IMG/VR virus record: IMGVR_UViG_3300028029_000006
Location: 345,148 to 409,147 of that record
Length of the DNA stretch: 64,000 bases
Strand: one strand, 5' to 3'
Origin: a virus
Numbering within the stretch: position 1 is the first letter of the stretch; each line of letters begins with the position of its first letter. The notes beneath the pieces were generated by a model, which saw only the letters and a program-made list of their open reading frames with translations, ran no database searches and was not told where the DNA came from. Shown one piece after another: positions 38,691 through 48,715 of this stretch. Position numbers and translations under genes: made by a program.

Positions 38691-38765
38691 GGTCCCTGAT
38701 GTTGGTTATGCTCCAACCTTTCACGTTCTTCAAACGCGCACTTTCACTAGATTAGTTTATCAGGG
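38690..38765 (-). tRNA. tRNA-Phe(GAA), atypical T loop
   Basis: CCCUGAU/AUCAGGG-A-CCA, loop UU-GAA-GA, T loop AGCAUAA. Confidence 0.75.
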
Positions 38766-38788
38766 TTTTTGAGAGATAAATCTCTCGG

Positions 38789-38861
38789 TGATGCGACCAA
38801 GAATCGAACTTGGAACAATTTCCATATCAGGGAGATAAGGCCAACCAGGCCGTCCCGCATC
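38789..38861 (-). tRNA. tRNA-Ile(GAT)
   Basis: Loop CU-GAU-AU, T arm CCAAG-UUCGAUU-CUUGG. Confidence 0.8.
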
Positions 38862-38882
38862 ATTTTTCAAACTTTAAAACCG

Positions 38883-38919
38883 AAAAACCCCTGGTTCGTT
38901 GTTGAGAACCAAGGGTTTT
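38883..38919 (-). terminator. Terminator-like hairpin just upstream of the tRNA cluster
   Basis: AAAACCCUUGGUUC...GAACCAGGGGUUUUU. Confidence 0.6.
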
Positions 38920-38942
38920 ATCCTAATTATTCAACAACAAAG

Positions 38943-39128
38943 TCATGTGGCTTCATTAAAAAAGTCTTTATTATTTTCAATAATATTCTCACTAAACTGT
39001 TCAATCACAGCAAGCGTATCTTCAAGTTCATTAATTTGAATCGCCTGTTCCTTAAGAGTAAGATAACACTTATCATCAAGCTTGTCAAGCCTTTTTTGTG
39101 TTAAGATTATGTTGTTTTCCGTTAGCAT
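38943..39128 (-). CDS. Small hypothetical protein
   Basis: First ORF after the 39137-39164 promoter. Confidence 0.5.
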   Translation of the reverse strand: MLTENNIILTQKRLDKLDDKCYLTLKEQAIQINELEDTLAVIEQFSENIIENNKDFFNEAT

Positions 39129-39136
39129 GTGTATGT

Positions 39137-39164
39137 ATTATAGCGTTTTATTGATTGATGTCAA
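39137..39164 (-). promoter_or_regulatory. Sigma70-like promoter
   Basis: TTGACA-16nt-TATAAT (consensus hexamers). Confidence 0.8.
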
Positions 39165-39173
39165 GTTTTTTTG

Positions 39174-39246
39174 TGGAGCCAACGAGATTCGAACTCATTT
39201 CTTCGATGTGCAAGACCAATATTTTCCCAATTAGTACTGTGGCCCC
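39174..39246 (-). tRNA. tRNA-Ala(TGC)
   Basis: GGGGCCA/UGGCUCC with G3:U70, loop CU-UGC-AC. Confidence 0.85.
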
Positions 39247-39341
39247 GACGCACATACTATATCGAGTTATTTGTGTTAGTTTAAGATTATCTAAATTATT
39301 TCTATCAAAAATACTGTATATAATAGTTATAGGAGATAAAT

Positions 39342-39666
39342 ATGTATTCTGATAAAATTCTACAAGCCGCTATTGCATTTGCTAAAAAAAGCTCAGTATG
39401 TTGGGTTTCCACATCAACCTGAATTAAATCATGAAAATATCGTTAAAGAAATCATGAAAGTTGCTCCAGGTGAATTGAGAGGTCAAGAAAGATTCATTAC
39501 TACTAGTCTTGGTGGGAGTTATGATGATTACTATGAAGTAACTATTAACACGCCTTATTTAGAGAATGATGTTCGTTCAAGAGTTGAAATTCAATTAGAT
39601 TCAACTTTTAATGATGCAAGATATTCAGAAAAAGGTAAACGAGTTGAATTTCAGATATCACATTGA
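39342..39666 (+). CDS. Leader-family protein (frameshift at A7, 39384-39390)
   Basis: AGGAG SD then MYSDKILQAAIAFAKK, joining AQYVGF if one A is removed. Confidence 0.55.
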
Positions 39667-39845
39667 TATTTTTTAATATCTTCGTAATCTTCCTTAGTCA
39701 TTATTATTACAACATTACCATTTTTATCACAACCTTGAACTAAACCATCTTCATATTTAAAATAATCAATATTAAATTTACTTTGAAACTCATCAATTAA
39801 ATCAAAAGCTTTTTTAAGGTCTAAAGTTTCTTTTTCCATTTATTA

Positions 39846-40328
39846 TCACTCCCAAATTAACGATTTTAATTTGCTTTGAGCCTCTTTTTTATCTTCCAAA
39901 TTATAAAATCTAGATGACCAATTCCAACAAATTTGATGAATGTTGCAATTTTCTTGATCTTGATAAATGTGATCTCCTATCATAAGATCATCTCCACAGT
40001 ATTGACAAAACATACCATCTTCTTCATTATAAGAATAATATTCTAATTTATCTTCTGAAATTGTTGACGCATTAATAATTAACCCATTTGGAAAATTAAG
40101 GAAACTACCGCACCCACCAGCAACAAAAGCTTTTAAGATAAGGGTCCATTTATTTAATTCCTCATCTTTTAAGCAGGAGTTATTTTTAAAATAATTCAAA
40201 AGATCAGTTTCATTTCCTGAATGAAACCAACCTTTATTATGAATTAAAATTAAAGTTTCCAATGAACTTCCAATAATATTAAGCATATCTAAACCTTTAA
40301 TATTAATAACTGAAGAATCTCTTTTCAT
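39846..40328 (-). CDS. Hypothetical protein
   Basis: CQYC..HQIC. Confidence 0.5.
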   Translation of the reverse strand: MKRDSSVINIKGLDMLNIIGSSLETLILIHNKGWFHSGNETDLLNYFKNNSCLKDEELNKWTLILKAFVAGGCGSFLNFPNGLIINASTISEDKLEYYSYNEEDGMFCQYCGDDLMIGDHIYQDQENCNIHQICWNWSSRFYNLEDKKEAQSKLKSLIWE

Positions 40329-40844
40329 TTCTTTAAAAGGATGAAAGGTGCACGTACAGCAGCATTGCCTGCTTCAGCAGCCTTGAGGGCATTCAGAATC
40401 CTTTTTTCAGGGTTCCACATACCTTTGGTCACATGCATAGCTCCAAGGGCTAAATCGCTCCCTGAGCCTACCGAACTAAACCCATCATTATTAGAGCTAA
40501 TTTGATAGTCACCATACATACCATGAAGCTTACCATGATATCCAAATAAGAAATATGGCTCTAAACCACTTTCACCTACGTCCAAACATTTTTGAACAGC
40601 TTTAGTGAATTTTTTAACTAGAAACTTCATATCATCCATACCTTTGGGGTGATTGGGAATTTCTAATGAATGAGCTAATAATTGGCCCATCCTAAAAGAT
40701 CCACAGAAACCAATGATAAAATCTTGTTTAATAAAAACTTTTTTTATCAGATCTACTTTGTTGATGCATGTCAGATCTAGTTCCCGCGCTATCTCCACCC
40801 ATCCAAACTTTACCTTTATGTTCCACAGCTATAATACAGGTCAT
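40325..40844 (-). CDS. HslV/proteasome-beta-like Ntn protease (frameshift at A7, 40739-40745)
   Basis: AGGAG SD then M-TCIIAV...GGDSAG...DKKVF...GFCGS...SVGSG; Thr1 nucleophile pattern. Confidence 0.75.
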
Positions 40845-40855
40845 GATTATTCTCC

Positions 40856-41934
40856 TTATTTTTTTGTTTCTTGAACAGCCCAGCCAAATTTAGGCTTCAA
40901 AGCCATGTCATCAAATTGTTCTATACCTATTATACCACCAACAAACTCCATGTCAAATGTTTTATCATGGTATATCCATTTAAATGGCACTTTGGAGAGA
41001 CCGCTAGGAAGCTCATCAAAACCAGTTCCAATCCAACCTTTTTTAACAAAATTATCATTCTTTTTAAAATTATTGGGTCCATCTTTAAGATAAAGGAAAA
41101 ACGTATTTACCCAACCATTAAAGTTTGGTTTACCTGAGCCGCCATTCATGTTGTATATGCTTTTCCAAAATTTTTTATCTACATTTCCTTGAGACGCCTC
41201 TACAAATTGATCTAAAACCGGTAACAGATGATTATCAACCCAATCACTAAGGCCGAATTCTCCTAAGCATTGAGCTTTTGATCTTAATAATTTCCAATCT
41301 TCAACTGTTCCTTCAAGAGTGATTGATGGAATTCCGCACCAAGTATAACATTCATAACTAAAATATGACTTCATAGAATCCATCAAAACAATTTCAGAAA
41401 CTGCTTTTTGTAATGGTCCAGTTGTAGAAAAATTAGCTATGATCAAATCATGTTTCTTACCAATGTAATCTTTTATTTTAGAAGAAAATTCATCAAAAGA
41501 GTCTATCCAATTGTTTTGACTACCTTTAATATAATTATTTCGTACTACTTTTATGGTTTCTTTACCTTCGTGATTTACAAAATGATGACGAAGTTCTTCA
41601 GCATTCATTTCAATATGACGCGCCAATGATTGAGAAATTGCCAACCAAATACAATCAGGATCTAAAATTAATGGACGATGTTGATCAAAAGCCATATGAA
41701 TAGCTCCAACCAAACCATTATATCCGCAGGTAACAATTGTCTCATCAACTCCAGAAAAAGATTCTGGAACACTGTATTCTGGAGCGTTTTTCTTTTTACC
41801 ACTCACTATTCTTTCGAGGCGGTCTTCTCTACTTTCTGGTTCTGGTATATGCAATAACTTAAAGCTTTTTCAGTTGATACCTCTTGAAGTTTGTGTGTGG
41901 CAACTTCTACATCTGCAACATTAAATTTAATCAT
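40856..41934 (-). CDS. DUF4419-like protein (N-terminus frameshifted)
   Basis: AFDQHRPLILDPDCIW, FSTT, CGIPSITLEGTVEDW, GWV. Confidence 0.8.
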
Positions 41935-41947
41935 ATTATTTTTCCTT

Positions 41948-42178
41948 CTAACATCTTACGTTATCTTCATAACTAATTTCACCAATAGAAATTAAAACAT
42001 TATGAGCCTTATTTAATTCATCTTGATGCTCTTGATCTCCAAAAGAGGGATCAATTTCATGAATAAACACCATTCTCAAATGACGTTGAATACATTCTGA
42101 TTGCTCTAAACTGATGGTTTCTTTATTTGTTAGTTCAAAATACCCACTAAGCCAATTGCAAAAATCTTCACTGGTCAT
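41948..42178 (-). CDS. Hypothetical; tandem paralogue of 42247-42435
   Basis: FCNWLSGYFEL..VFIHE versus FCFWLQGFFEL..CFIHE. Confidence 0.6.
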   Translation of the reverse strand: MTSEDFCNWLSGYFELTNKETISLEQSECIQRHLRMVFIHEIDPSFGDQEHQDELNKAHNVLISIGEISYEDNVRC

Positions 42179-42245
42179 TCTAGCATCTCCTTTTTGTTCT
42201 ATCATAGCCACCTGAATTATTGTCTTTAAAAAAGATGTTTGGGTT

Positions 42246-42275
42246 TTTAGGGGTGTTTAGGGGTGTTTAGGGGTG
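42246..42275. repeat. 10-bp tandem repeat (TTTAGGGGTG)x3
   Basis: Direct inspection. Confidence 0.8.
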
Positions 42276-42435
42276 TTTTAGATTTATAATCTTCTAAAAC
42301 AATTGATTCTGCCTCATGAATGAAACAAGAGTGTAATCTCTCTTTAATTTTAACTACTTGCTCTTTAGAGATTTCTTCTGAATTATCTAACTCAAAAAAT
42401 CCTTGGAGCCAAAAACAAAAATTTTGCGTTTTCAT
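42247..42435 (-). CDS. Hypothetical paralogue
   Basis: FCFWLQGFFEL..CFIHE matches 41948-42178. Confidence 0.55.
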   Translation of the reverse strand: MKTQNFCFWLQGFFELDNSEEISKEQVVKIKERLHSCFIHEAESIVLEDYKSKTPLNTPKHP

Positions 42436-42840
42436 AAATTATTCCTTTTTCTTTCTTTTCATTTTAAAGCGTTGAACTGAAACAAAGTCACATCCATTTT
42501 CATAATAATTATCATCAATTTTAACCCACCCACCTTCAAAATGAGTTTGTTGAGCCAATGCGCATTCAACGGCTTTTTTTCTTTCATTAAAAATATCTAC
42601 AATGTTTGAACCCTCAGATTTTTCGCCTCGTGATATAATATATACCTTCATTTTTTTTTTCTCTTTTCTTCAATAATTTTTCAAATTCATCTGGATTACC
42701 TGCAAATAAAATGTACTCTCTCCAAGTCAAGCTTAAATATTCGTGAAGGTTAAGTTCAGAATCACTATTATGCCACCTATCAATAGCATCGTCAATTTCT
42801 TTTAAATTTTTCATAATTTATCCCTTTTCATAATCAGCAG

Positions 42841-43494
42841 TTATTTGCCGTGATAAATATTATAAATATTATAAATAAAATCAGCAGCTCGCGAACCTGG
42901 CTCATTAATGTAATTACACTCATTGTTTTCATCTAATGATTTAAAGTTAACCATTACATTAAAATCACTAGGAACAGCTTGAGCATTACCTTTATCATCA
43001 ACTAAAAATCTAATACCATTTACTGATGTAATTTTAGCATCATTTAAATCAACAGAATTTTTAACCGTATAACAGTTTCCTTTATCGCTAATTTTGCCAC
43101 ATTTTTGATTTTTTTCAATATAATTTATATTAACAACAACCCCAATTTCTTCTGGATATTCAAAATCTTCATCAAATTTATGTTCATTAAGAAATGCGTA
43201 TGCGCTTAAAAAATCACTAAACCAAACTATCACTTTTTTTTCTTTAAGAATATGATCTGTATTAGTTCCTCTACTTAAAAAAACAGAGTTAAGCTTAGGT
43301 TTAACAATAACAACTTTTTCTGCACTTTCAGCTCCATAAACTGAAATAGACCTTATCACTTCATACAAAGTTTCGCCAGTCCTTTTTGTTATTTTATGTC
43401 CGTTAGGAACGCAACCTACTTTAATTAAAACACCAATATTATTTTTAGTATTCAATTTGTTAAGCTTTAATATTTGAAATATATTGAATAGCAT
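42841..43494 (-). CDS. Hypothetical protein with internal duplication
   Basis: Two similar IGV(L/V).. beta-rich halves; start uncertain. Confidence 0.5.
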   Translation of the reverse strand: MLFNIFQILKLNKLNTKNNIGVLIKVGCVPNGHKITKRTGETLYEVIRSISVYGAESAEKVVIVKPKLNSVFLSRGTNTDHILKEKKVIVWFSDFLSAYAFLNEHKFDEDFEYPEEIGVVVNINYIEKNQKCGKISDKGNCYTVKNSVDLNDAKITSVNGIRFLVDDKGNAQAVPSDFNVMVNFKSLDENNECNYINEPGSRAADFIYNIYNIYHGK

Positions 43495-43933
43495 CACACC
43501 ACCCTTTTTCACTAGCAGGAAATCTAGCTGCAGGAGATGGAGCTTCATCCACAGCTCTTTTTTCTTTTGGATCAGAAAAGTGCGGATCAATCTTCTTCCA
43601 TCTAATCACATCAAGTTCGGTAACATTTAGGAAAGCCATTGTTTTAGTTCCTTCGTAGCTACATTTGGCACAATTTGGGTACCTAGCTTGTATAACTAAA
43701 TGAGGTCCTTTTCGGCATATTTTTTCTATTACAAATTGATAGCTATCTGGCGTGTTTTGGTTTATATTTTCTTGAGAGTGTTTTTCAACTAACTCTTTAG
43801 CTTTTTTAAGCTCTTTCTTGAAATGTGTTGTGTTTGGATTTCCTAAGAAATTAGTAACCAAATCAATAGATTCTGTTAATTGATCTTCAAAAGATCCGCA
43901 TTTAGGATCGCCCCACTGATGTCTGCATGTCAT
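43460..43933 (-). CDS. Hypothetical; paralogue of 15130-15510
   Basis: Shared YPxC, DPHF, SPxAR, GW motifs. Confidence 0.6.
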   Translation of the reverse strand: MTCRHQWGDPKCGSFEDQLTESIDLVTNFLGNPNTTHFKKELKKAKELVEKHSQENINQNTPDSYQFVIEKICRKGPHLVIQARYPNCAKCSYEGTKTMAFLNVTELDVIRWKKIDPHFSDPKEKRAVDEAPSPAARFPASEKGWCDAIQYISNIKA

Positions 43934-43966
43934 TATTATATCTTTCTTTAATTAAAAATTAATTTG

Positions 43967-44040
43967 TAGCTCTAGTCGGATTCGAACCGACACATTAAAT
44001 CTTTTTGAAAGATCCTCCTCTGCCGTTGGGATATAGAGCC
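43967..44040 (-). tRNA. tRNA-Leu(CAA), short variable arm
   Basis: Loop UU-CAA-AA, T arm GUCGG-UUCGAAU-CCGAC. Confidence 0.82.
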
Positions 44041-44047
44041 ATTTTAG

Positions 44048-44117
44048 CATGCCGCCAGGGAATCGGACCCTGCAAAGTTGATTTTGGAAATCTACTTGGT
44101 TACCCAGACCGCGGCAC
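44048..44117 (-). tRNA. tRNA-Trp(CCA)
   Basis: Loop UU-CCA-AA, G73, reduced D arm. Confidence 0.7.
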
Positions 44118-44497
44118 ATTATTTATTCTTTTTTTAGCTTCATGGGAATTTTCACATAACCTCCTCGATATGAACAACTTAACTTATGATCCAAATTAAT
44201 ATTGTTTGGACAACCTGGACAATCCTCTTCTTTTGGCCAAGTTTTTCCTTGAGCTATTCTTGAACATTCATCAGAACATATAGGATCATCAAAATACTTA
44301 TCCAATATATTTACTAAACATTTAAAGTTTTTGCTACAAATAGTGCAAATTTTAATTTTATTCATTTTTTACTATTTCCTATTGTAGGAACTAAACTTCT
44401 ATAATAAGCCCCTAAATCGTCTTCAATTAAAATATTAACCTTCCACTCATCATCATAATATTTTATTTTACCTATTCCTGTATGCATTATTTATCTT

Positions 44498-44565
44498 GAT
44501 GGAGGCGGGGAATCGAACCCCTTGGCAGCTTTCACAGAGCAACCCGCACCCAGTACTACCCCCAT
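44498..44565 (-). tRNA. tRNA-His(GTG), compact
   Basis: Loop CU-GUG-AA, C73, T loop UUCGAUU. Confidence 0.7.
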
Positions 44566-44567
44566 TA

Positions 44568-44640
44568 TCAGGAAAACCGAATTTGAATCGGCATTAAAGC
44601 GCACCAAACACCCGGTGTTATCTTTTTACACTATTTCCTG
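44568..44640 (-). tRNA. tRNA-Pro(TGG)
   Basis: CAGGAAA/UUUCCUG-A, loop UU-UGG-UG. Confidence 0.75.
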
Positions 44641-44720
44641 GTGGGCCTGGAGGGACTCGAACCCTCGATGTGAAATATTTGATTAAAAGTCAAGTGCAAT
44701 CGCCACTATGCTACAAGCCC
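44639..44720 (-). tRNA. tRNA-Lys(TTT), enlarged variable loop
   Basis: Loop CU-UUU-AA, encoded CCA. Confidence 0.85.
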
Positions 44721-44978
44721 AGTTTGTTATTTATTTTTTCGTTTCATTGTCATATCTATTTATTATTTCTTCTAAAACCCTAAGTCTATCTATTTCTGAA
44801 TGAAATTTTCCTGATACAGACGGAGGATTGCTGCTATGTAGCATACTATATCCTTCTTCTTCTTTTAATTCCTCACTTAATTCATTAATTAATTTTTGGG
44901 AATCTATAGCTTGCTGTTTTATTTCATCCATACTAAAAGTTCTTAATATGGATTTTTTCAGTTTTTTGTCTTTTTTGC

Positions 44979-45410
44979 TCATTTTAACAGGTCTTCAATT
45001 TCACTCAAAGCATCATCTGTTTTTGCATCTTCACTCCTGAGATTTTTAAGTTTTTTCTGTAAACTTTGTAGTTTCTTTTGCTTAACATTCCAAATAATAG
45101 TGTCAGCTCTTAACTTTAAATCCTCTTCCCAATCTTTAAGACTGTACCCGTACCATTCAAAAACATAATCATCAACTCCTAATCTTTTGGCCGCCTCTTT
45201 ATGATTGTTTTCTTTTTCTAATAAAAAAGCTAAAGCTTCTACCAAATGACGTGGGTCGCTAACAACAGTATTTAAATTAAAATAATTATTACTATCAAAA
45301 CGAAATAACCCATTTGTATTTAAACTAACCTTAGGTTTTTTACCAAGAGTTTCTTTATCGGTTTCAATTTTACTTAACAGTTGTTTGATTTTATCATCTT
45401 GCTTTGACAT
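44979..45410 (-). CDS. Hypothetical protein
   Basis: Intact ORF. Confidence 0.55.
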   Translation of the reverse strand: MSKQDDKIKQLLSKIETDKETLGKKPKVSLNTNGLFRFDSNNYFNLNTVVSDPRHLVEALAFLLEKENNHKEAAKRLGVDDYVFEWYGYSLKDWEEDLKLRADTIIWNVKQKKLQSLQKKLKNLRSEDAKTDDALSEIEDLLK

Positions 45411-45418
45411 TTTGATAT

Positions 45419-46468
45419 TTACCCTATTCTAATTTTTCTCTTATGTTCATTAATAATTGTAAGTGATACTACACTGTCTTCACGACTTTTTGGCAAAACA
45501 TAACCTATAAAATCATCTATAATTTTAACAAACTTACCATCTTCAAATATAACAGTAGGTTTTTTTGACATTCTTAACTCAAATTTTCGTTCATACCCAC
45601 TTAAAAAACTATAATTGTTTTTATAGTATTTTCTTACAGTATGATATTCTCCTTCATTTTTAATGAATGTTGAGTGACCATAATGATAACTAGTCGCTTC
45701 CGTTTTGCTAGCAGTTATTTTAACTGGAGCAGAGGCAAAATCAGTTTTTTTATATTTCTCAAATAAACCAGCAAAACCAGGTAAGGCATCATCTCCTATT
45801 TTAGCAACAATTTTCGTAAAACCAGTCTCAATCATATACCTATTTTCTTTGTTATTTAATGGAACAAAAACATGTTTCTTTTGACTTCTGTAAGTTAAGG
45901 TATCTGCTTTTCTAACCCATGACCAGTAATCCAATCTGCCAAGATACATCACTTCTTCATTACGTTTATTTAAAAAACAAAAACCCTCTTTAAAATCAAC
46001 CCTCTTGATTTTTTCTTCACAAGCTTTTTTGAAAGTATTAGAATCTTTATATTCTTGACTACTTACAGGTAGAAGTATTAATTGTGCTCCTGACCATGCA
46101 TAAACAAATTCACCTTCTAAACCTTTACCTTTAATAGATGAACATTCTTCAAGAATAAAGATTAAATTATCAACACCAATTTCAAACTCAAAACCACGAG
46201 GATCATAAATTCTTACCCAAGCTTGACGTGGGTTCCATCCACCACCTCCATCACCAACTTTTTTATTAAGAACAAATCCATCAGTAGGTATATTTTCAAA
46301 TTCTTCTGGATCAATATTTTGATTTCTCCATCCATCCCAAGATTTCTCTTTTCTAAGGACTCCTTTGTTATCAGTATAAACAACGAAAGCTAATTTCCCT
46401 GTGTAGGTACCTTTTCTTTTTTGAAACCCAACATTGATTTTATTTGGTATGTTAAACTGACTTTTCAT
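45419..46468 (-). CDS. Phage-type hypothetical protein
   Basis: IPNKINVGFQKR..YTGKLAFV..RIYDPRGFEFEI. Confidence 0.65.
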   Translation of the reverse strand: MKSQFNIPNKINVGFQKRKGTYTGKLAFVVYTDNKGVLRKEKSWDGWRNQNIDPEEFENIPTDGFVLNKKVGDGGGGWNPRQAWVRIYDPRGFEFEIGVDNLIFILEECSSIKGKGLEGEFVYAWSGAQLILLPVSSQEYKDSNTFKKACEEKIKRVDFKEGFCFLNKRNEEVMYLGRLDYWSWVRKADTLTYRSQKKHVFVPLNNKENRYMIETGFTKIVAKIGDDALPGFAGLFEKYKKTDFASAPVKITASKTEATSYHYGHSTFIKNEGEYHTVRKYYKNNYSFLSGYERKFELRMSKKPTVIFEDGKFVKIIDDFIGYVLPKSREDSVVSLTIINEHKRKIRIG

Positions 46469-46956
46469 TTTTTAAAAACCTTTCTTGTTCTACCAATTCT
46501 TCCCGAACTTTCATTAAAACTTCACCGAGCCAATTTTGACCTAGCCATTTTTCCGGTTTAGTTGCATTTGGATCATCCTCTCTAAGACCAATTCCCCATA
46601 CCTTATCATATGGACTAGCTTCTACAAGGATTTTATCTCCAGTGCTTAACAAAAGATTTTGCAAGTCTTCATGTTGAGAAAATCTCGCCAAATTTCCTTT
46701 AAAAACAATTTTTTTAGCAACATAATTCCATTTCTCTACATTGAAATTTTTTACTTCTCGCCCAAATTGTTTTTGTTCTTTTGGTGAAGTAGATGCCATT
46801 ATCTTTTTTTTCATTTTCAACATCATCAAATAATCTAGCTTTTTCTGCCATCATATATTGTTCTGCACAATTATAGGTAACGCCATCGAGTTTAAACTCA
46901 TATTTGCGCCATTGAGAAAAAGGATGTTTCCAGAATAACATGTATTTACTTTGCAT
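46452..46956 (-). CDS. NADAR (YbiA-like) protein, split by frameshift at A8 (46804-46811)
   Basis: FSQW, AEQYMMAEKARLF in one frame; GREVKNF, LVEASPYDKVWGIG, GQNWLG in the next. Confidence 0.88.
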
Positions 46957-47958
46957 TTCTTTTCCTATCATCTTTATCGTGTTCCCAAAGCCAATCTTTT
47001 AACTCTTCAGACATTTCATCTTTAGAAACTCCGTTATAAGCCATTATTTTACCAGATTCACAAAGTAATCTTGTTAGTAAATTTATTTTAGTTCTTATTT
47101 TATCCATATCAGTTTTGAGATGTTTAATCCTCTCTTCTGCAATATTTGTACTACTATCTCTTGAATCGTAACAAGGCATAACTTTCTCCTTTTATTGTTT
47201 GTGAACTTTAAAAAACAAACCCTCTATTATTAAATATGGCATTTTATCATTTACTTAATTCTTATACCGATTATTGTGTTACCATAATCATCATCTAAAA
47301 GTTCAATAATAATAGAATCGTTTTCATCTTTTCCTGTGCGTCTCCATAAGAAACAAATTTCAGTCTCTAAGTCTGTTTGTTCAGATAAAGAAGCAACAGC
47401 CTCTTTTAAAGAGGCAAGATCGTTTATCACAAATTCTTTTTTCATTTCTTTATTAATCTCATCAAGTTCATCAGGATCATATATATATTGAAGATTGCTT
47501 GGTTGCCATCTAACATCTATGTCAGGTCCTTTTTTATGACCAAAATCCGTTAGACCTTGAACAATACCAATGCATTCTCCAAACTCTTCAACATGCTTAG
47601 AGCTACCATTTGCAATATAGTGAGCTTTGAGTTTTTGACTCATTTTTACTTTTGTTCCAGGTTTCATTGTGTTAGTTATCCCAAGATGGTAAATTGTCTT
47701 CATTTTTGTGTTCGCAATCAATTATTGCTTGACATTCTGCACATGGAAAAGCCCATTCATGTTGGTCGGTCCATACTACTGCATCAGCTTTTCCTGTTAA
47801 AACTAACCAGGCACCTTTAATCTTTTCTTGTAAAGATCCTGATAGAGGTCTTGATGGCTCCCATTTTTCATTTGTTTTATATTGAACTTGGGAGGCTGAT
47901 TTCATTAATTCTTTTAGTTTCCAGATCATTTTGTTGCATTTTTCTTTTTAATATTTTG

Positions 47959-48032
47959 TACCCAGAACAGGATTCGAACCTGCACTTTTTAGTTTCTAAA
48001 ACTAACGACTCCTACCGTTGGTCTACCTGGGC
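47959..48032 (-). tRNA. tRNA-Leu(TAG), short variable arm
   Basis: UUAGU-UUUAGAA-ACUAA anticodon arm, T arm GCAGG-UUCGAAU-CCUGU. Confidence 0.85.
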
Positions 48033-48033
48033 A

Positions 48034-48112
48034 TGGTCTGAGGAGCCGGAATCGAACCGGCCAAAAAAAGCACGTTTCCAAAACGCACCCGCCACCTTGA
48101 CTGTTCCCCCAG
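48034..48112 (-). tRNA. tRNA-Pro(TGG), atypical
   Basis: Loop UU-UGG-AA, U-rich variable region, encoded CCA. Confidence 0.7.
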
Positions 48113-48684
48113 ATTTTTATTTTATCTTTCTACATATTTAGGCAAATCATTAAAATCTTTATCAATATATGCTATTGGAATGCAAAAGTCATAATATTCT
48201 GCCACTATTAATTTACGTCTTTTGCTTTGCGAGGATAAAGATAATTTAATAAAATTATCATCGTTAATAAAACTTTTGATAAAATCTAACTCTTTTAACT
48301 CTTCTACTGAAATTATCTCACCTTCAGGTCTTGGTTTAGTCTCATAAGCCGCAAACATTAATGGCAAGTATTTTCTTACTTTATACATTTTATTTTGTCT
48401 CCTTTATAACTGTTTTACGGATTCCTACTGACAATACTCTGCTAAAAAAAGTCTTTATTAATCCAAGTATCATTATCATTTCTTTTTTATTCTCAAGATA
48501 AGAACTTTTAAAATCAGACTTATTAACAGCTAACTCATTTTTCACACACATAAGCTCTCTACAGCTACAATCATCATTGCAGTCACATTTGCCACTTGGG
48601 CCACTTGGGCCACTTGGGCACTCATTTGCATGATTGCAAAAAATAGGTGATTGATATTTTTTCATTAATAACTCCTTAAAACTT

Positions 48685-48715
48685 AAAAAACCTGAGTAGC
48701 TCAGCTACCCAGGTT
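48685..48715 (-). terminator. Intrinsic terminator
   Basis: AACCUGGGUAGC-UGA-GCUACUCAGGUUUUUU. Confidence 0.8.

Noticed and set aside
38769-39352. + strand ORFs 38769-39104 and 39155-39352 (likewise 44005-44199, 47851-48141, 48726-48917)
   Set aside because: Antisense to tRNAs, promoters or terminators; no coding signals
48034-48112. Selenocysteine tRNA
   Set aside because: Anticodon is UGG and there is no paired long variable arm or 8-bp acceptor
48592-48618. (CCACTTGGG)x3 repeat
   Set aside because: In-frame 9-bp coding repeat (PSG)x3 in a small ORF; no sign of a regulatory role
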